From assembly GCA_002269645.1 (NCBI GenBank), contig NIVC01000393.1:62001-126000 (forward strand): a stretch of 64,000 bases of DNA, written 5' to 3'. Within the stretch, counting starts at the first letter, position 1. The number at the start of each line of letters is the position of its first letter. The position numbers were made by a program, and so were the translations under genes. The notes under the pieces are model-generated. The model ran no database searches. It was given only the letters and a program-made list of their open reading frames with translations, and was not told the origin of the DNA. Below, piece by piece: positions 11,622 to 25,389 of this stretch. The DNA is from Macrostomum lignano (taxonomy: Eukaryota).

Positions 11622-13455
11622 AAAGAAATGAGAGATGAGAAATGATGAGAAATGAGAGAGGGGAGATAAGACAGGAAATCAGTTATCTAAAACAGCTTCA
11701 ATTATCAATAGCTGTGGCGTCTCTAATTCATATGACATTGATTTGATAAAGCTGAATAAATCGCCACAGGAGAGTTAACAGCAGCTTCTGGTTAGAGCTG
11801 GTGCAAGTGAGGTTCCTTCTTATAGGTCCTCCGAGCCTGCATTGCACTTGCAGAGTGAAACAACGGAAGCATTTTGTGTGGCAATTAATTCGCATGGCTT
11901 GGTGCGGCATGGCTCTGCTTATAGCCCTGAGCATCTGTTTAAGTAGATAAGCATCCGATGCATGGTGAAGACGTTACAAAACGTATCTGCAGTCGATATT
12001 CAGGAAAAGCACTGCGCGATATTGCAACAATTGGAACTGTGTTATCAGCGTTTTTTACTTTGAGTTAGCAGTCTAATACGTCATTTCTGATTCCATGGGA
12101 ACTGGTAATTGAACCGCATACATGGAAGATTGGATACTACATACATTACCTGAAGATTTGCTGCAACGGTCAGATTCCAAAAATAATAATGAATGAAGAG
12201 GGGATTCATTAGCTAACAACAACCAAGTGTTAGGGTTAGGGTGTTGGCTCAGGCGCGATTCTTTGGGTGTTGGCTGAGGGGCGATTAGAAGTTCAAGAAG
12301 CGGACAAACAGTTGAGCACATGCACTCAGAATGTTTGAAATCGTGCAATTTTGCAAGACTGTACTTGTGTTAACGGAAAGATTAAGAAACAGTAGGTTAG
12401 TTGGGCAGCAAGCAAGGGAAGACGATTGACGGTTAAGATAATAATAAAACCGAAATGATTAGTTAGACTGCTAAAGAGCTACCACATTAGACTGCTAAAA
12501 ATACTATCTGGATACTGATAGTAACACGGTAGATTTAAAAACGGATTAGCATGATTTTTGACTTCACTGAGAACATTGCTGGTTTGATCATAGTTTGGGA
12601 AACATTCTTAGAAGCTGCACCTTGGTCGGCCGTAGTGGGAACGTCAAGCGTCCATTATATAAGGTATAACAAAGGAATGTATGGCATTCTCCCCCTAAAT
12701 GTCCTTAACATAGACTTCCCTTTTCTATTTAAAATTAAATCGCTGTGACAAACAACGACATTGGTTGTTTATATAGTGTTGTGCCCGGGTGCACTTGTAC
12801 CGATGAGCAATCTCTGGCTCTCGGTCAAGTGTGCCCGGAACTGCACTCCCACCCCTCCCGGCCGCGGTCCTGCGCCAACCCCCCCCCTTCTATTCTGTCT
12901 GCGCCAACCCCCCCCCAGTTGTGTGTCAGCCCTTACTATCTGCCCCCTTTTTCTTATAATGCGTTACCCAGCCGGATTGGCTGGCCTGGCCCCCTTTTTT
13001 AGCACTTCCCCCCCTTTTTTGCTATATGCGCTACCCCTCCCTCAAAGGTGATTGGCCAACAAGTTGGTATTGCTCTGGGTTGTTGATAATGCTGTCTGGC
13101 GTGAGACCCTAGGAAGCCTAAATAAATAGAGAACTGCTGGCGGGAGGGGGCAAGGTGAGCGTGTTGCCGTTGACGTCTGCCACTACAAAATCAGTAAACT
13201 TCAACTGTGATATCGAAATCTCAATACTACTATACAACCGATTTCGCCGCCTTGCCCACCGCCGTGCCGATTGGAAGTCAGAAGTAAGACTCGCGTCTGT
13301 ATTTATTAATCATTTGGGACTCGTGTAAAGTTATTTTATAGTTTTATTGCTTTGAAATTGCCAAAAAAAACAAAGTTTCAAAAAACTTGCCCCCCTCTTT
13401 TTGGATTTTACCAAATCCAAATCCAAATCCACTCTCTACCATGCTGCCATGAATA

Positions 13456-14379
13456 AATAGAATAGAAACAAAAACAACACATTTACTTAAGTTACTTATA
13501 TGTCTTGAAATTCTTTGCTATAGGCTATACATAATGGCTGTGCATTTTTAATATGCTATACATCTTAAATGGAATACTATACTATAGCTTTAAGTGGCAT
13601 ATTCAAAAAATTTTAGGGGGACGCCAGGCAGTTTGTTACTGAGAGAGGTGGCACTGGCAAGAATGGGCCCACACCAGAATTTTCCTCTTAAAAAATCTTC
13701 AGTGGCCCTAAGGCAAAGGCCCTAAAGGGGTGGTCGACCCCTCGCCCTTAGGTGCATTTGGTGCAACCATTGGACTTGAGTCAAGCTTGAAAAAAACTAG
13801 TGAATTCCCATTAATGTATGTGTCATTGATCATCATTGATTTGATAAAACTAAAACCTGTTAAATTTAAGCCAAAGGCATTAGTCAATAATTCTAATTCC
13901 AGTGAATGATGTTATTTTATAGAGCTAGCTAGATTCTGCCAATGCCGAAGCATTAACAATAACAAGCTGCGCTTTTAGACTCACCAAAGCAGTACTGTAG
14001 AATTCATAGAACTCCAGCCGTAGGCGTCTTGAGAGCCGTGGTGAGGGGGAGAGGAGAGACGAGCCAGCTGCGGAACCCAGCGTGCCTGCTAATATACGAA
14101 CTCAGTTTATGTTGAAAGGCGCTTGTGTACGCATGGAGGGATGGCTGCACTCCGTGGCGGCCGTGTGGGTAAACCAGATTGGTGGAGAGAGAGAGACAGA
14201 CAGAGAGGGAGATAAGAGAAGGGCTTAGTTGCCTGTATGACTATGACCGGCTGTGTTTGCTCTAAATTTCTATCGGCGTCCTTTTTTCCTTTCCAATGTG
14301 TGACTCAATGGAATTCGAGAATAATCGAACTGAAAAGCTTTTTTTTCGGAACTTGGAACTTGGGGGCGGGGTGGTGTCT
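13456..14379 (+). repeat. Segment F of a tandem segmental duplication (second copy ~36043-36963)
   Basis: Near-identical sequence from aatagaatagaaacaaaaac to gggcggggtggtgtct at both loci. Confidence 0.92.
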
Positions 14380-16031
14380 GGCACTGACTGAGTAATGGGG
14401 GATTCAGAGATCAGAGTTCATAGATGTGCACAAGGCACATGGCTCAGCTCAACCCCACATTTATTCAATTCGTTTATTGAAGGGGGGGCACGGGCAGGAA
14501 GCACACAAGGTAGGGGGCAAATGAGAATCAAACCGTCCAAATGAGAACCAATACGTCAAAACGAGAATCAATGCACCAACCAAAATGAGAATTAATCAAT
14601 GAGAGACAGAGGTAAAATGGGCCACAATTATTGCAATTGCAAGTATTAAAAAACAACAAAGTCAATTTCCGGTAGAATTTAAAGTTTAGTTGAAAGTTGA
14701 AACAGCCATTATCCATTCAGACTGGGGAGGACTTCATTTCACTGTAACACAGCATTCCTTTAAAAAGTCGCCTCACACAGCTGGCACTTGCGAACCCCCC
14801 CCCACCCCACAAGCCCAGGGGAGAGGAGAGGCGCAGAAGGACTGTACATTAACCCCACCTCCATATATAGAAACTATATTATAAACTGCAGTACAACGTG
14901 CGCGTACAACGTGCCTGAGCAGCTGATCTCCGCCATCATGGCGATGTACCGTGATACGACAGCTGCTGTGACAACACCGGACGGCCTATCGGACTCCTTT
15001 GAGACATCCTCCGGAGTGCCTCAGGGAGATACGCTGGCGCCGTTCCTGTTCGTCCTGGTGCTTGACTGGGTGCTGCGGACTGCTCTTCCTACCGACGACG
15101 ACGGTTTTCTGCTGCAGCGACGCGTGGGTCGACGTCAACCGGAGAAGCGGCTCAGCGTGCTTGGCTACGCCGACGACCTCGCCCTGCTGTCCTCGACCGT
15201 CGAGGGCGCCCAACGGCAGCTGGACAGGCTGGTTGCCGTTGCGGCGAGTGTCGGCCTGGTGGTCAACACGCAGAAGACCGTTGTGCTCTGCGTGCCGGAC
15301 GACATCGAGGCTGCAATATTTTGCCGAGGCGCTGACGGGCAGGCGACCGAACTCCCGCGATGTCAGCAGTTCGTCTACCTCGGCGGTCTGGTTCCAGACG
15401 CTCGCGAGGACCTGCGACGCCGCCGCGGGCTTGCCTGGGCTGCCTTTCGTTCTGTGAGGGCAGTCCTGCAGTCCGAGGCCCTACCGGACCGCCAGAGGGC
15501 GGCGCTGTTCCAGGCGGTAATCGAGACCGTCCTGCTGTACAACGCCGAGACCTGGACGCTGACGGACTCACTCGAACAGCAAGTCGATGCGGCGCACGCT
15601 GGTCTGCTGCGCGCCGCCTTCAACATCGGCGTCGAGCGAGTCACCAACGCGGCACTCTATCGCCGCGCTGGCCTGCCACGTCCAAGTGATCTACTGCGCC
15701 GTCGGCGACTCCAGCTCGCAGGCCATCTCATCCGCGCCGAGTCGTACTGCCCACAGCCGGTGCAGGAGGTGCTGCTGCTCACGCTGCAGGCACCCTACCG
15801 GCGAGGTCAAGCGCGAACTCGGCGTTATGTCGACTGTCTGCTGGCTGACGCCGGCGCCCCGGACACTGCCGGTGGCGCGGCCTTTGTTCGCGCCCAAGCC
15901 ATGAAGCGCGCCCTGTGACGCTGACTTTTACCATCATGACAGCGTATTTTGTTGTTGTTGTTGTTGTATAAACTGCAGGGATCACACTACGCTGGGTTGG
16001 AGAAATGAAAATACGCTGGGACGCAATTTAC
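14380..16031 (+). repeat. Direct repeat E, copy 1 (~565 bp plus inserted LINE); copies at 32923-33541 and 36964-37534
   Basis: ggcactgactgagtaatggggg...acgctgggacgcaatttac is present three times in the same orientation. Confidence 0.9.
14892..15966 (+). mobile_element. 5'-truncated RTE-clade LINE with 12-bp TSD
   Basis: RT motifs GVPQGDTLAPFLF and YADD, C-terminal RRRLQLAGHLIR, stop at 15918 and a (GTT)n tail. The TSD tataaactgcag is at 14880-14891 and 15967-15978. Empty sites are visible at ~33477 and ~37470. Confidence 0.95.
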
Positions 16032-16271
16032 CACTAACGGCCGTGGGCTAGCCAGACAATCCACTACACAAAAAATACCTGGCTAGCCAGTGAGTCCACG
16101 TGTGGACCCACACAGGCTAGCCTAGAGAGTCCACACAGTGCGCACAGTGATAGTACGCTAGATATGCCAAGGAACGCTGCTATTGGTCCGTGTAGGCTGG
16201 GGTCGAGTGCACCCGCGGACGGGAATGAGAAGTCTGGGAATTCTCTGAGTGCTAAAAATAGACACCGCTAA

Positions 16272-16336
16272 AAATTGGTTGAGTGGCCAGTGCGCCTGAT
16301 TTGAAATTGGAAGGTTTGAGGTTCGAATCTTGCTAG
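16272..16336 (+). promoter_or_regulatory. tRNA-derived Pol III A/B-box head (SINE-like) inside the inverted repeat; mirrored at ~32615-32685
   Basis: A box tggt(t/c)gagtgg at 16276-16286 and B box ggttcgaatc at 16320-16329, with tRNA-like spacing but broken stems. Confidence 0.55.
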
Positions 16337-17804
16337 ACAAAATATTTTCTTGATGTAAGTATTGTGGGTGTAAAAAAAGCAGAACGGGCAGAAGACCAAA
16401 AATTAGAATTTAAGTGAGCAACATTAAATTATGGTAAGGATTATTACTATTAAAATTAGAGGATTATCAAGTTTAAGCGATGAAAATACGCGGATTAGAA
16501 AAGTAGTATTGAAAGAGTAAAATGTATTATTTATTCAAACATAAATAAAAACGGTGGAAATGATTTTTTAAAATTTAGTATTAGCATTCATACTTTGTCT
16601 GTAATCATAGTACTTTAAATCAGTAGCTCATTTTGGGTTTGTAGAATTTAAGTGATTAAGCTGGTGATAATGCATTGGAGAGCCACTCATAAGCCAAATT
16701 GATATTATCGGGTTAGCCAATAGCCTTAATACTAAGATGCACAGCACAGGTAGGCTCCTTGCATGCACGCGCTCACAGCTCACACTGCTGCCAATATCAG
16801 CAGCAAGCTCAACCGCCTGCAAGTTAGCGATGTGGCAGTCCATTAATGTGGCAGTTGCAGGCCTAAAGTTAAGTAACTCTCATGAAGTCATGCACTCATC
16901 ACTCATGCTCTGTGTTTTTTTTTGGTTTGTTTTTGTTTTGGCACGGTTTGAGTCTAGCAGTGCTAATATTGAACACTTAGTAATCTTTTGTAACACTTCG
17001 GGTGAAGCACATTTAGTTCTTGTCATATTTATTGTCATTGAAGTCGAAGATCAATTATACCGGTACCGTTTCGACGTATCGTAATTATTAAAAAAAGAAT
17101 CTATATTTGAAAGTTTACCTGTTCTGCCACCTTAAATACATTTTTTTCTGGTAAAAAAGTTTTAAAAATGTTTTATGTATTGTAATAAAACTTAAAAACT
17201 CCCCTGCTTTTATCATGGACGAGTAAAAAAATCGAAAGGTAAGTTCAGTTTTGTTAATGTTTTCCGTAGCTGTTGACAACAAGAACTCAGTTACTTTTTA
17301 TTTAATGTATCGTAAATTTATGATTTTTAAAGTTCATATGAGAATGCAGCCTAATTGTTATTATGAATTGTCATGCATTTAATACAGTTCTAGAGTAAAG
17401 TAAAATTATTCAGACACTTTCTCAAGACCTCAGGCAGTATATTCGCCGTGCAATTTTATAATTTTTAGAGGCTAATATCCATCAAAAATAACAGTGCGGA
17501 TGCGGAGACAGGAAAAGCGTCATTTTTGCATCACAAAATCAAGCGATAGCATTTGATCTCGGTTAATGAAGACTACCATTCTTTTAATTTAGGATGCAAA
17601 GCATGTCAGTCTGTTGTATTTTATACATGTATGTTGCCTGTTGGGTTTAAAAAGTTTTTGCCTAATGAGGCAGGCAGTTTAATATAGTAATGCATCTTAA
17701 TACCTTATTCTTCGTTGCCTTCACGACACTGCACCCGATTTAAAATTCAAATCAATTACGCTTCTTTATTCTAGAAATTCAATTTCTTCCAAAGTCTCTA
17801 AAAG

Positions 17805-18385
17805 TCTCTTGATCTTCTACTCTCCTCTCCCCTCTACTCTACTCTCCCCCCTCTACTCTACTCTCCTCTCCCCCCCTCTACTTTACTCTCCTCTACCCTC
17901 TACTCTACTCTCCCCTCCCCCTCTACTCTACTGTCCTCTCCCCCCCTCTACTCGACTCTCCTCTCCCCTCCTCTACTCTACTCTCCTCTCCCCCCCTCTA
18001 CTTTACTCTCCTCTACCCTCTACTCTACTCTCCTCTTCCCTCCCCTTCTACTCGACTCTCCTCTCCCCTCCCCCTCTACTCTACTCTCCTCTTCCCTCCC
18101 CCTCTACTCTACTCTTCTCTCCCCTCCTCCTCTACTCTACTCTCTTCTCCCCCCTCTACTTTACTCTCCTCTACCCTCTACTCTACTCTCCTCTCCCCTC
18201 TACTCTCTGCTCTCTCCTCTCCTCTCCATCTCTACTCTACGTTTCTACTCTCCTCTCTTCACCTCTCCATTCCCCCTCTACTCCTCTACTCTATTCTCCT
18301 CTCCTCAGCTCACCTCTCTACTCTCTCCACACTTCTCCTCTCTACTTTCCCCTCCTTATCTTTCCTCTTCCTTCTCTCCTCTCTC
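17805..18385. repeat. Pyrimidine-rich low-complexity tract (CTCTA/CTC)n
   Basis: Almost exclusively C/T with periodic A. Confidence 0.95.
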
Positions 18386-19286
18386 CGTACTCTGGCCCGA
18401 AGTCATGCGCTAAGTTGTCAATCTAGCCCTTGACGGCTTGAAGTAAAAATTTTGCCGACGTCTAAGTTAATGAACAAACAAACTGAAACAAGCAAGGATC
18501 TATAATGACACTTACCTTCTGCGTTGACTCGAAAATAGACGCCTAAGTAGAAAGTGTAGAAAAAGTGAGAGTTGAATTAGAAAATTAGAAAGAAGTAAGA
18601 AAATTATTTAGTAAGAGAGTGTAGGAAGGAAACTGAGTTTCAGTTGCAAGTGTTTAGAGTTTAGACTGGAGACTGCAGACTGCAGAGTTAGAGTTCGACG
18701 AGCTTTCCAACCGGTTCAAATCGGTTTATACTGGACAGATTGCTTTGTCTGCTTTCTGGGAATTTTCCACTCCCCATTTTCCATTACTGTTGTTTACGGA
18801 AAGTGGGGGAAAGAGACTCCGTGCACTTAGAGGACAAGTGAGTTCGCATCTCCTCATCCAATGGCAGCTGACCAATGCTTCGACGGCAGACTATTGAAAA
18901 AAGAGCTCGTCCCGTTTAGCTTAACAAAATAAAACATTTTCATTGCTCTTACTTTTGTATTTTCCTAATTCCTTTCGAATAAAATAATACATGCTGTAAC
19001 GTGGCGTAAAATTAGCAGTTCAGTTTTTGCTTTTATTGTTTATTTTTTGTTGTTATAGCAACCGTAAAATTCATCTTTCTGTAGGTATTTGGGGCAAAAA
19101 GGCAAAACAGAACTGTAACAACGATAACAAATGAAAATAATTAAAGTATAACTACTTTTTACAGACCCAGACCTTTGCAAATTTATAAATAATTTACAAA
19201 ACTTTGATGCAGAATGCAATGCAGTGTACCATATGCAAGGAACTTTGAGGGAAAATCTTTCAGACAAATTTCGATGACCAGCAGAT

Positions 19287-19465
19287 CAGGCGCGTAGCCA
19301 GGATTCACGTCAGTCGTCAGGGGGCAGCCGATAGGACAGAGACATGAATTCAACTGCAATGTTACCGATGGAAGCTAAAAACAAAAGGCAATGAAAAAAT
19401 CCCCCTTCCAGGGGGGGCATGTCCCAAGTGGCAAGTGTTCGTGTCCCCATTTGGCTACGCCCCAG
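19287..19465. mobile_element. Small hAT-like MITE
   Basis: Imperfect TIR caggcgcgtagcca / tggctacgccccag, a G-rich interior and similar flanks (agcagat / agcagaat). Confidence 0.5.
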
Positions 19466-19525
19466 AGCAGAATTATATCAGGACGCTAGCTAATACATAC
19501 ATGCGTACCTTCGATACAGATACAG

Positions 19526-19832
19526 GGGTCGCTTCACAAGCTTGAAATTTCACGTCCTCGAAAACTTTAGCAAGTGACTTCATAAGCTCAAAATTTCACC
19601 AGCTCGAACTTTCACAACCTCGAAAATGTACCGTATTTGTATTTTTAACACTAGCTTTCGAGCTTATGAAGTCGCCTGCTAAAATTTTCGAGGATATGAA
19701 ACTTTGAGCTTATGAGTTTCGGGTTTGTGAAAGTGGTTGCTACGACGTAAAATGGTTTTCGAGGTTGTGAAATTTCGAGTTTATGAAAATAACTGGTTTC
19801 GATGTGAAATTTCGAGCTTGTGAAAGCAACCC
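19526..19832. mobile_element. MITE with ~30-bp TIRs and internal subrepeats
   Basis: gggtcgcttcacaagcttgaaatttcac versus gtgaaatttcgagcttgtgaaagcaaccc. The right half plus flank (19750-20066) recurs at 30715-31038. Confidence 0.6.
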
Positions 19833-20312
19833 ACGATACATTGATCTGTGAATACAATCAATACATTAAATAAAAACAGTCAGATTCAGAGATCCTGTAA
19901 TTGTTTTGGAGGCTGATTTCCGTGAAAATACACTGGAGAATATATCATTAACAAAATATATTACCCAAAGCATTTCATTCTGCAGGATGAAGACTACCAT
20001 TATTTTAATATTGCGTGCACAACATGTTACTCTACTTTATTTTATATGCTAATAGTTGCGCGTTACAGAAATACTGGATTCGGCTTGCGGGGCGGGCGAG
20101 GCGGGGGACGAGGGCGAGGCGGGGGACGAGGGCGAGGCGGCCAGCCCTTCCATCACTGGTAAGTTGCCATAGGACACCATTTGTTTTTCAACACACAAAA
20201 TTTAATTTTTTGGACACATACATGTACAGTCCAGACACCTGTACAGACACACAGAGAGACAGAAAAACACGGAGAAGGACAGATAAACGGGCAGACAGAC
20301 AGATTCGGCGAT

Positions 20313-21532
20313 CCTGGCGCCAATTTGGGGATCCTGGCGCCAAATTTAGCTTCCGGCGCCAATTCGAGCTTTCCCGCGCCAATTTGAGCTTTCCAGCGCT
20401 AGTTTGAGCTTTCCAGGGCTAGTTTGAGCTTTCCAGCGCTAGTTTGAGCTTTCCAGGGCTAGTTTGAGCTTCCTAGGGCTGGTTTGGGCCTTCTTGAGTT
20501 GATTTGGGGTTCCTAGCGCCAATTTGGGGATCCTGGCGCCAAATTTAGCTTCCGGCGCCAATTCGAGCTTTCCCGCGCCAATTTGAGCTTTCCAGCGCTA
20601 GTTTGAGCTTTCCAGGGCTAGTTTGAGCTTCCTAGGGCTGGTTTGGGCCTTCTTGAGTTGATTTGGGGTTCCTGGCGCCAATTTGGGGATCCTGGCGCCA
20701 AATTTAGCTTCCGGCGCCAATTCGAGCTTTCCCGCGCCAATTTGAGCTTTCCAGCGCTATTTTGAGCTTTCCAGGGCTAGTTTGAGCTTCCTAGGGCTGA
20801 TTTGAGCCTTCTTGAGTTGATTTGGGGTTCCTGGCGCCAATTTGGGGATCCTGGCGCCAAATTTAGCTTCCGGCGCCAATTCGAGCTTTCCCGCGCCAAT
20901 TTGAGCTTTCCAGCGCTATTTTGAGCTTTCCAGGGCTAGTTTGGGTCCTCTCGCGCTGATTTCAGCATTTCAGCGCTGATTCGGCGATCCTGGCGCCAAT
21001 TTGGGGATCCTGGCGCCAAATTTAGCTTCCGGCGCCAATTCGAGCTTTCCCGCGCCAATTTGAGCTTTCCAGCGCTAGTTTGAGCTTTCCAGGGCTAGTT
21101 TGAGCTTCCTAGGGCTGGTTTGGGCCTTCTTGAGTTGATTTGGGGTTCCTAGCGCCAATTTGGGGATCCTGGCGCCAAATTTAGCTTCCGGCGCCAATTC
21201 GAGCTTTCCCGCGCCAATTTGAGCTTTCCAGCGCTAGTTTGAGCTTTCCAGGGCTAGTTTGAGCTTCCTAGGGCTGGTTTGGGCCTTCTTGAGTTGATTT
21301 GGGGTTCCTGGCGCCAATTTGGGGATCCTGGCGCCAAATTTAGCTTCCGGCGCCAATTCGAGCTTTCCCGCGCCAATTTGAGCTTTCCAGCGCTAGTTTG
21401 AGCTTTCCAGGGCTAGTTTGAGCTTCCTAGGGCTGATTTGAGCCTTCTTGAGTTGATTTGGGGTTCCTGACGCCTATTTGGGGATCCTGGCGCCAAATTT
21501 AGCTTCCGGCGCCAATTCGAGCTTTCCCGCGC
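20313..21532. repeat. Higher-order satellite: 159-bp unit of eight ~20-bp monomers
   Basis: Unit starts at 20512, 20671 and 20830 give a period of 159. Monomers are related (cctggcgccaatttggggat, ccagcgctagtttgagcttt, etc.). Confidence 0.92.
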
Positions 21533-24194
21533 TTTTAAAGCTTTTAAAGTTAGTCTGCTTTTCGTCAGCAAGACAGCCACCCTTCCCCCAGACAAGGATC
21601 AGGTGATAGGGATAACTGTGAGGGAAAGTTGAAATAATTTTTTATAGCCTTCTCTGGTAACGTTAAGCCATGACAGTACAGTAAGGAATTCAACTACTGT
21701 CCTACTACGAGCTATCTGATTGCGACTTATGAGTATTCTGTCCTCCCACAATGACAAACTGACCTTCCAAGCACTTGAACTGATGAGCCAGCAGATTTGT
21801 CTGTCTTGTGTGTCTGTCTGTCTGACCATACGCTCGTATATATTCTATATGTACTAATATACATTATAAATTCTAATTCTAAATTCTAGTATATTATATT
21901 TAGTGGAATAGTTTTCCCATAAAAGTTTGAACGCTGACTTGCAAGCAGCCTACTAGGAGTTATCGTACATTGAGAGAGGGCCACCGTTCTACACCCACCC
22001 CAAAACTGAGCACGCGGGCCAATGAGAATTCTCCCACGGTGAGTTAGGCAAGCCAACCCCTCCCTTTGATTAATGAGCCTCTCGCTTTTTGATTCAACGA
22101 TTAATTAATTTAATTAATTTGTGGCTTTATTCACCAGTATCAAGGAGCTTATATAAAGAGCTGGAAAGAAAAGGCTATCCTTGTCTCATTTTAAGCATAG
22201 GCCTGCATAGAGTATAAATATTTGAGCGCAAGCTTAACGGCTATACTTGGTTATTTTTAATTTGTCTTTAAATACATGTAAGTTCAAGGAATCGAATAAT
22301 TTTAAAGCGAAAATGCCACTGTTTGAATAATTCTTAGTAAAATTCAGTTTTGCTGCAAGCGCACGATATCAAGTTTTTTCAATGGAATATATTAGATTAA
22401 TCTTTTAACGAGCGTCATAAGACTTGGCGCCACGTTTTTTTGATTGTGATTTTCGCTTGCACAAATTGTGGATGGCATTTTGAACTTTAAAATTGTTCGA
22501 CTTCCTAGAGTCTTACTCTGATAATATGCTTAGTTATAAGCATATATAGTGAGTTTTAAGCTATGCGCATTTAGTTATAACAGACTTAGACATTTATTAT
22601 AGGTGGATATTTACAGTTCATAAAAAGCTATATATATATTTAGTAATAAGCTATATATAGTTATTTCTGTCATATCTGTTATCTATCCTAGTGTCTATCT
22701 TAGTGTCTGTCCCAATGTCTTTCTTAGTGTCTGTCTTACTCCACTTCTCTCCCGTTGTCTCTCCTCTGCTCTCTCTCTCCCGTCTTCTTTCCTCTCTTAG
22801 TACTCTCATGGCTGTTCTCATGCTTTGATCATGTCTTCTTTCTTGCCAATTTGCAGTCCTGAAAGGAATTTGTGTATTTTCATCTCCACTGCAGTCTGCA
22901 GCAGTTTAACAACAAAGGAAATACGCATTTCTTAGGAGGAAATTTAAAATTTAAAGTACTTTTAAGAGAAACCTAAAATTTCCATGGTGTGACTAATTTA
23001 GTACGGTTGTATTGCATTGCATCGCCTTTTCATAAATCTTTCGCTTTTACAAACCATGCTGGATTCCCTCGATTTGCCATCCACTGTTAAACTGCTGCAG
23101 AGTTTGCCAATACAGAGGACAGTGGTTAGAATTTCTCACTAAACTGTCATGGCTAAACGTAGCCTTTCCACGCGCGGGGGTACACAGAAGGCTATTAAAA
23201 AGTTATTCTAAAACACGGTACATTTGCTATGTACATTCAGCCCTATCGCCTGACCCTTCGTCTGGGCTGGGGGAATGAGTGAGTGAGTGGCACAAACAAC
23301 AGAAAAAGCAGACAAACTTCACATGCTTACAGTTTCTTTTTCGGTTGAGTTACAGAGTTGAAACTTCCTATTTCAACTTGAAATTAAAACTTAAATATTG
23401 AAACTAATCAATCAGCAGCCCTAAGAGGAATTTGTGTATCTCCAGCTCCATCACAGTCTGCGGCAGTGTAACAACCAAGGAAATATGCATTTTTAGGAGG
23501 TCATTTAGATTTAAAAAATTACCTTATGCGAATCTTAATGATAAAATCTTCATGGCGTAACTAATTTAGTAGGATTACATAGCCATCCACTTTTCTCTTT
23601 CCCACCGTTTCTAGTGCTCCCAAAGCACACAAATTTTTCCTATACACAAGCAATATACTGAACACAGACCTTTAAATCCAGGAGGTTCAACCTGAGTATC
23701 TGAGTGACCTGCGAGACAACTAGGAAGAGTAGGCTACTAAAATTAGTATGAGGAGGACATGTGCACTATGGTTTCTAGACATACACTAGCATCATGTTTT
23801 AAGTGACGCAATTCATCATTATGGTTTCAAGATGGTGCGAAAAATGGTTTTTTTCACTCAACTCTGGTTTCTTTTCCAGATGGATCAAGCGCCACCGCCG
23901 CCGGCGCCACCGCCACCACCGCCGGCGCCACCGCCACCACCGCCGCCGCTGCCTCAGCGCCGCCGCATTCGGCGCCGAATCCGGCGCCTTAGAAGCAGCG
24001 GCCTGCGGCTTTCTGTCCGCACTTTCTGTCCGCACTTTCTGAAACGCACTTTCTGTCAAATTGCGCATTGCGCTGGGTGGGCTGGGCTATCTGATTGTGG
24101 GGAAAGTTTTCGGAATTTTTTAACATTTTTAAACAGATGTCCCTAAGGAATAAAGAATAATACCAATTCACAAAAAATCACTATTTCACTATTT

Positions 24195-24541
24195 CAGACA
24201 GACAGGCTAGCAGGCAGACGGATGGACAGACAGACAGACAGGCCGAGAGACAGGCAGACATACAGAAGGACAGACAGACATACAGAAGGACAGACAGACA
24301 TACAGAAGGACAGACAGGCAGACAGACCGATACAGACAGACATACAGAAGGACAGACAGACTGACAGGCAGGCGAACCGATACATACATACATACAGACA
24401 CACAGAAGGACAGACAGACAGACAATTCCGAGAACTTTCCCTACAATCAGATATGAACCCTCGGGGCGAAATGGTTTGGAGTGCGTAGAGTATTTTGTTA
24501 TTTTGTTTTGTTTTAAATAAAATGGTTCGCCCCGAGGGTTC
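24195..24541. repeat. (CAGA)n-type microsatellite followed by a perfect 16-bp inverted repeat
   Basis: gaaccctcggggcgaa at 24455-24470 and ttcgccccgagggttc at 24526-24541 enclose a 55-bp T-rich spacer. This resembles a HINE/Helentron-like end (inference). Confidence 0.65.
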
Positions 24542-25389
24542 TTACCCAGCCCCCTTTTTGGATTAAAAATCTTTGCCTTCAATTTCTTCCTTATTTATTG
24601 ATCATACCATAGTATAAGCTTGGCAAGTTGTAATCAGTAAAAAAGCATTGCACACTGTTACGATTTACATTAAAAAAATATTACTTAGGACTGCTGTTCA
24701 ATGCAACCAATTAAGTTCAATTCCAGCACCCCAGCAGCCTTGGTTTGGCCACTCGGCTACGTTCTGATACTTGGCGGCACTGCATCCTACCATCCTACGA
24801 GTTATTGCATCCTACTACAACAGATAAGTACATTCCATCCACAATTGACTCGTTCGTCTTAAGCAAATACCCTCCAGAATCCACCCTGGGTCTTTACCCT
24901 CCAGAATCTTCAGCAATATGTAACGAAGACAAAACTAACCAGTTAAAAACATTTTGCACTCTCATTCAGATTCTGCCCGATCGCTACGAGGGCTTCGAGC
25001 GCGCTCTGCCGTTGCCGGAGCTCTGGGCTGCCGGCTTTTTAATCTAGCCGGACCTGGGGCCCAGGATATTCAACGCCTATGGCCTGGCCGCTGCGATGCC
25101 ATAGGGGCACCACAAAATCTGCACCTGGATACCTGGATACTTTTGTCACCATAGCAAAACGAGTTGAAAGTGAGAAGCATATGAATGCTTATTTAAAACC
25201 AGTTTAATTATTGGTTTAGTAACTTTAGTTCAGTGAAAACAGAATTAACTGACTAACATTGACAATTTTAAAATCTTCGCTATAGCTACCATAAAGCTCT
25301 CTAGTCATGCTACGCTATAAATTTACACCGAATGTTAACTGTTTACATACGTTACCAATTAATGAGCAACTAGCAATCTACGCCCCCCG

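Noticed and set aside
16134-16149. Two CACAGTG heptamers (RAG/Transib RSS-like)
   Set aside because: They are not at the element end and have no nonamer at 12 or 23 bp; likely chance.
16272-16336. Functional tRNA gene
   Set aside because: The anticodon, T and acceptor stems do not pair; only the promoter boxes remain.
17809-18426. 205-aa Leu/Pro/Ser ORF
   Set aside because: Low-complexity pyrimidine tract that cannot form stop codons easily.
23878-24146. Pro-rich host exon after a ttttccag acceptor
   Set aside because: Only GC-rich low-complexity sequence; no recognisable domain or linked exons.
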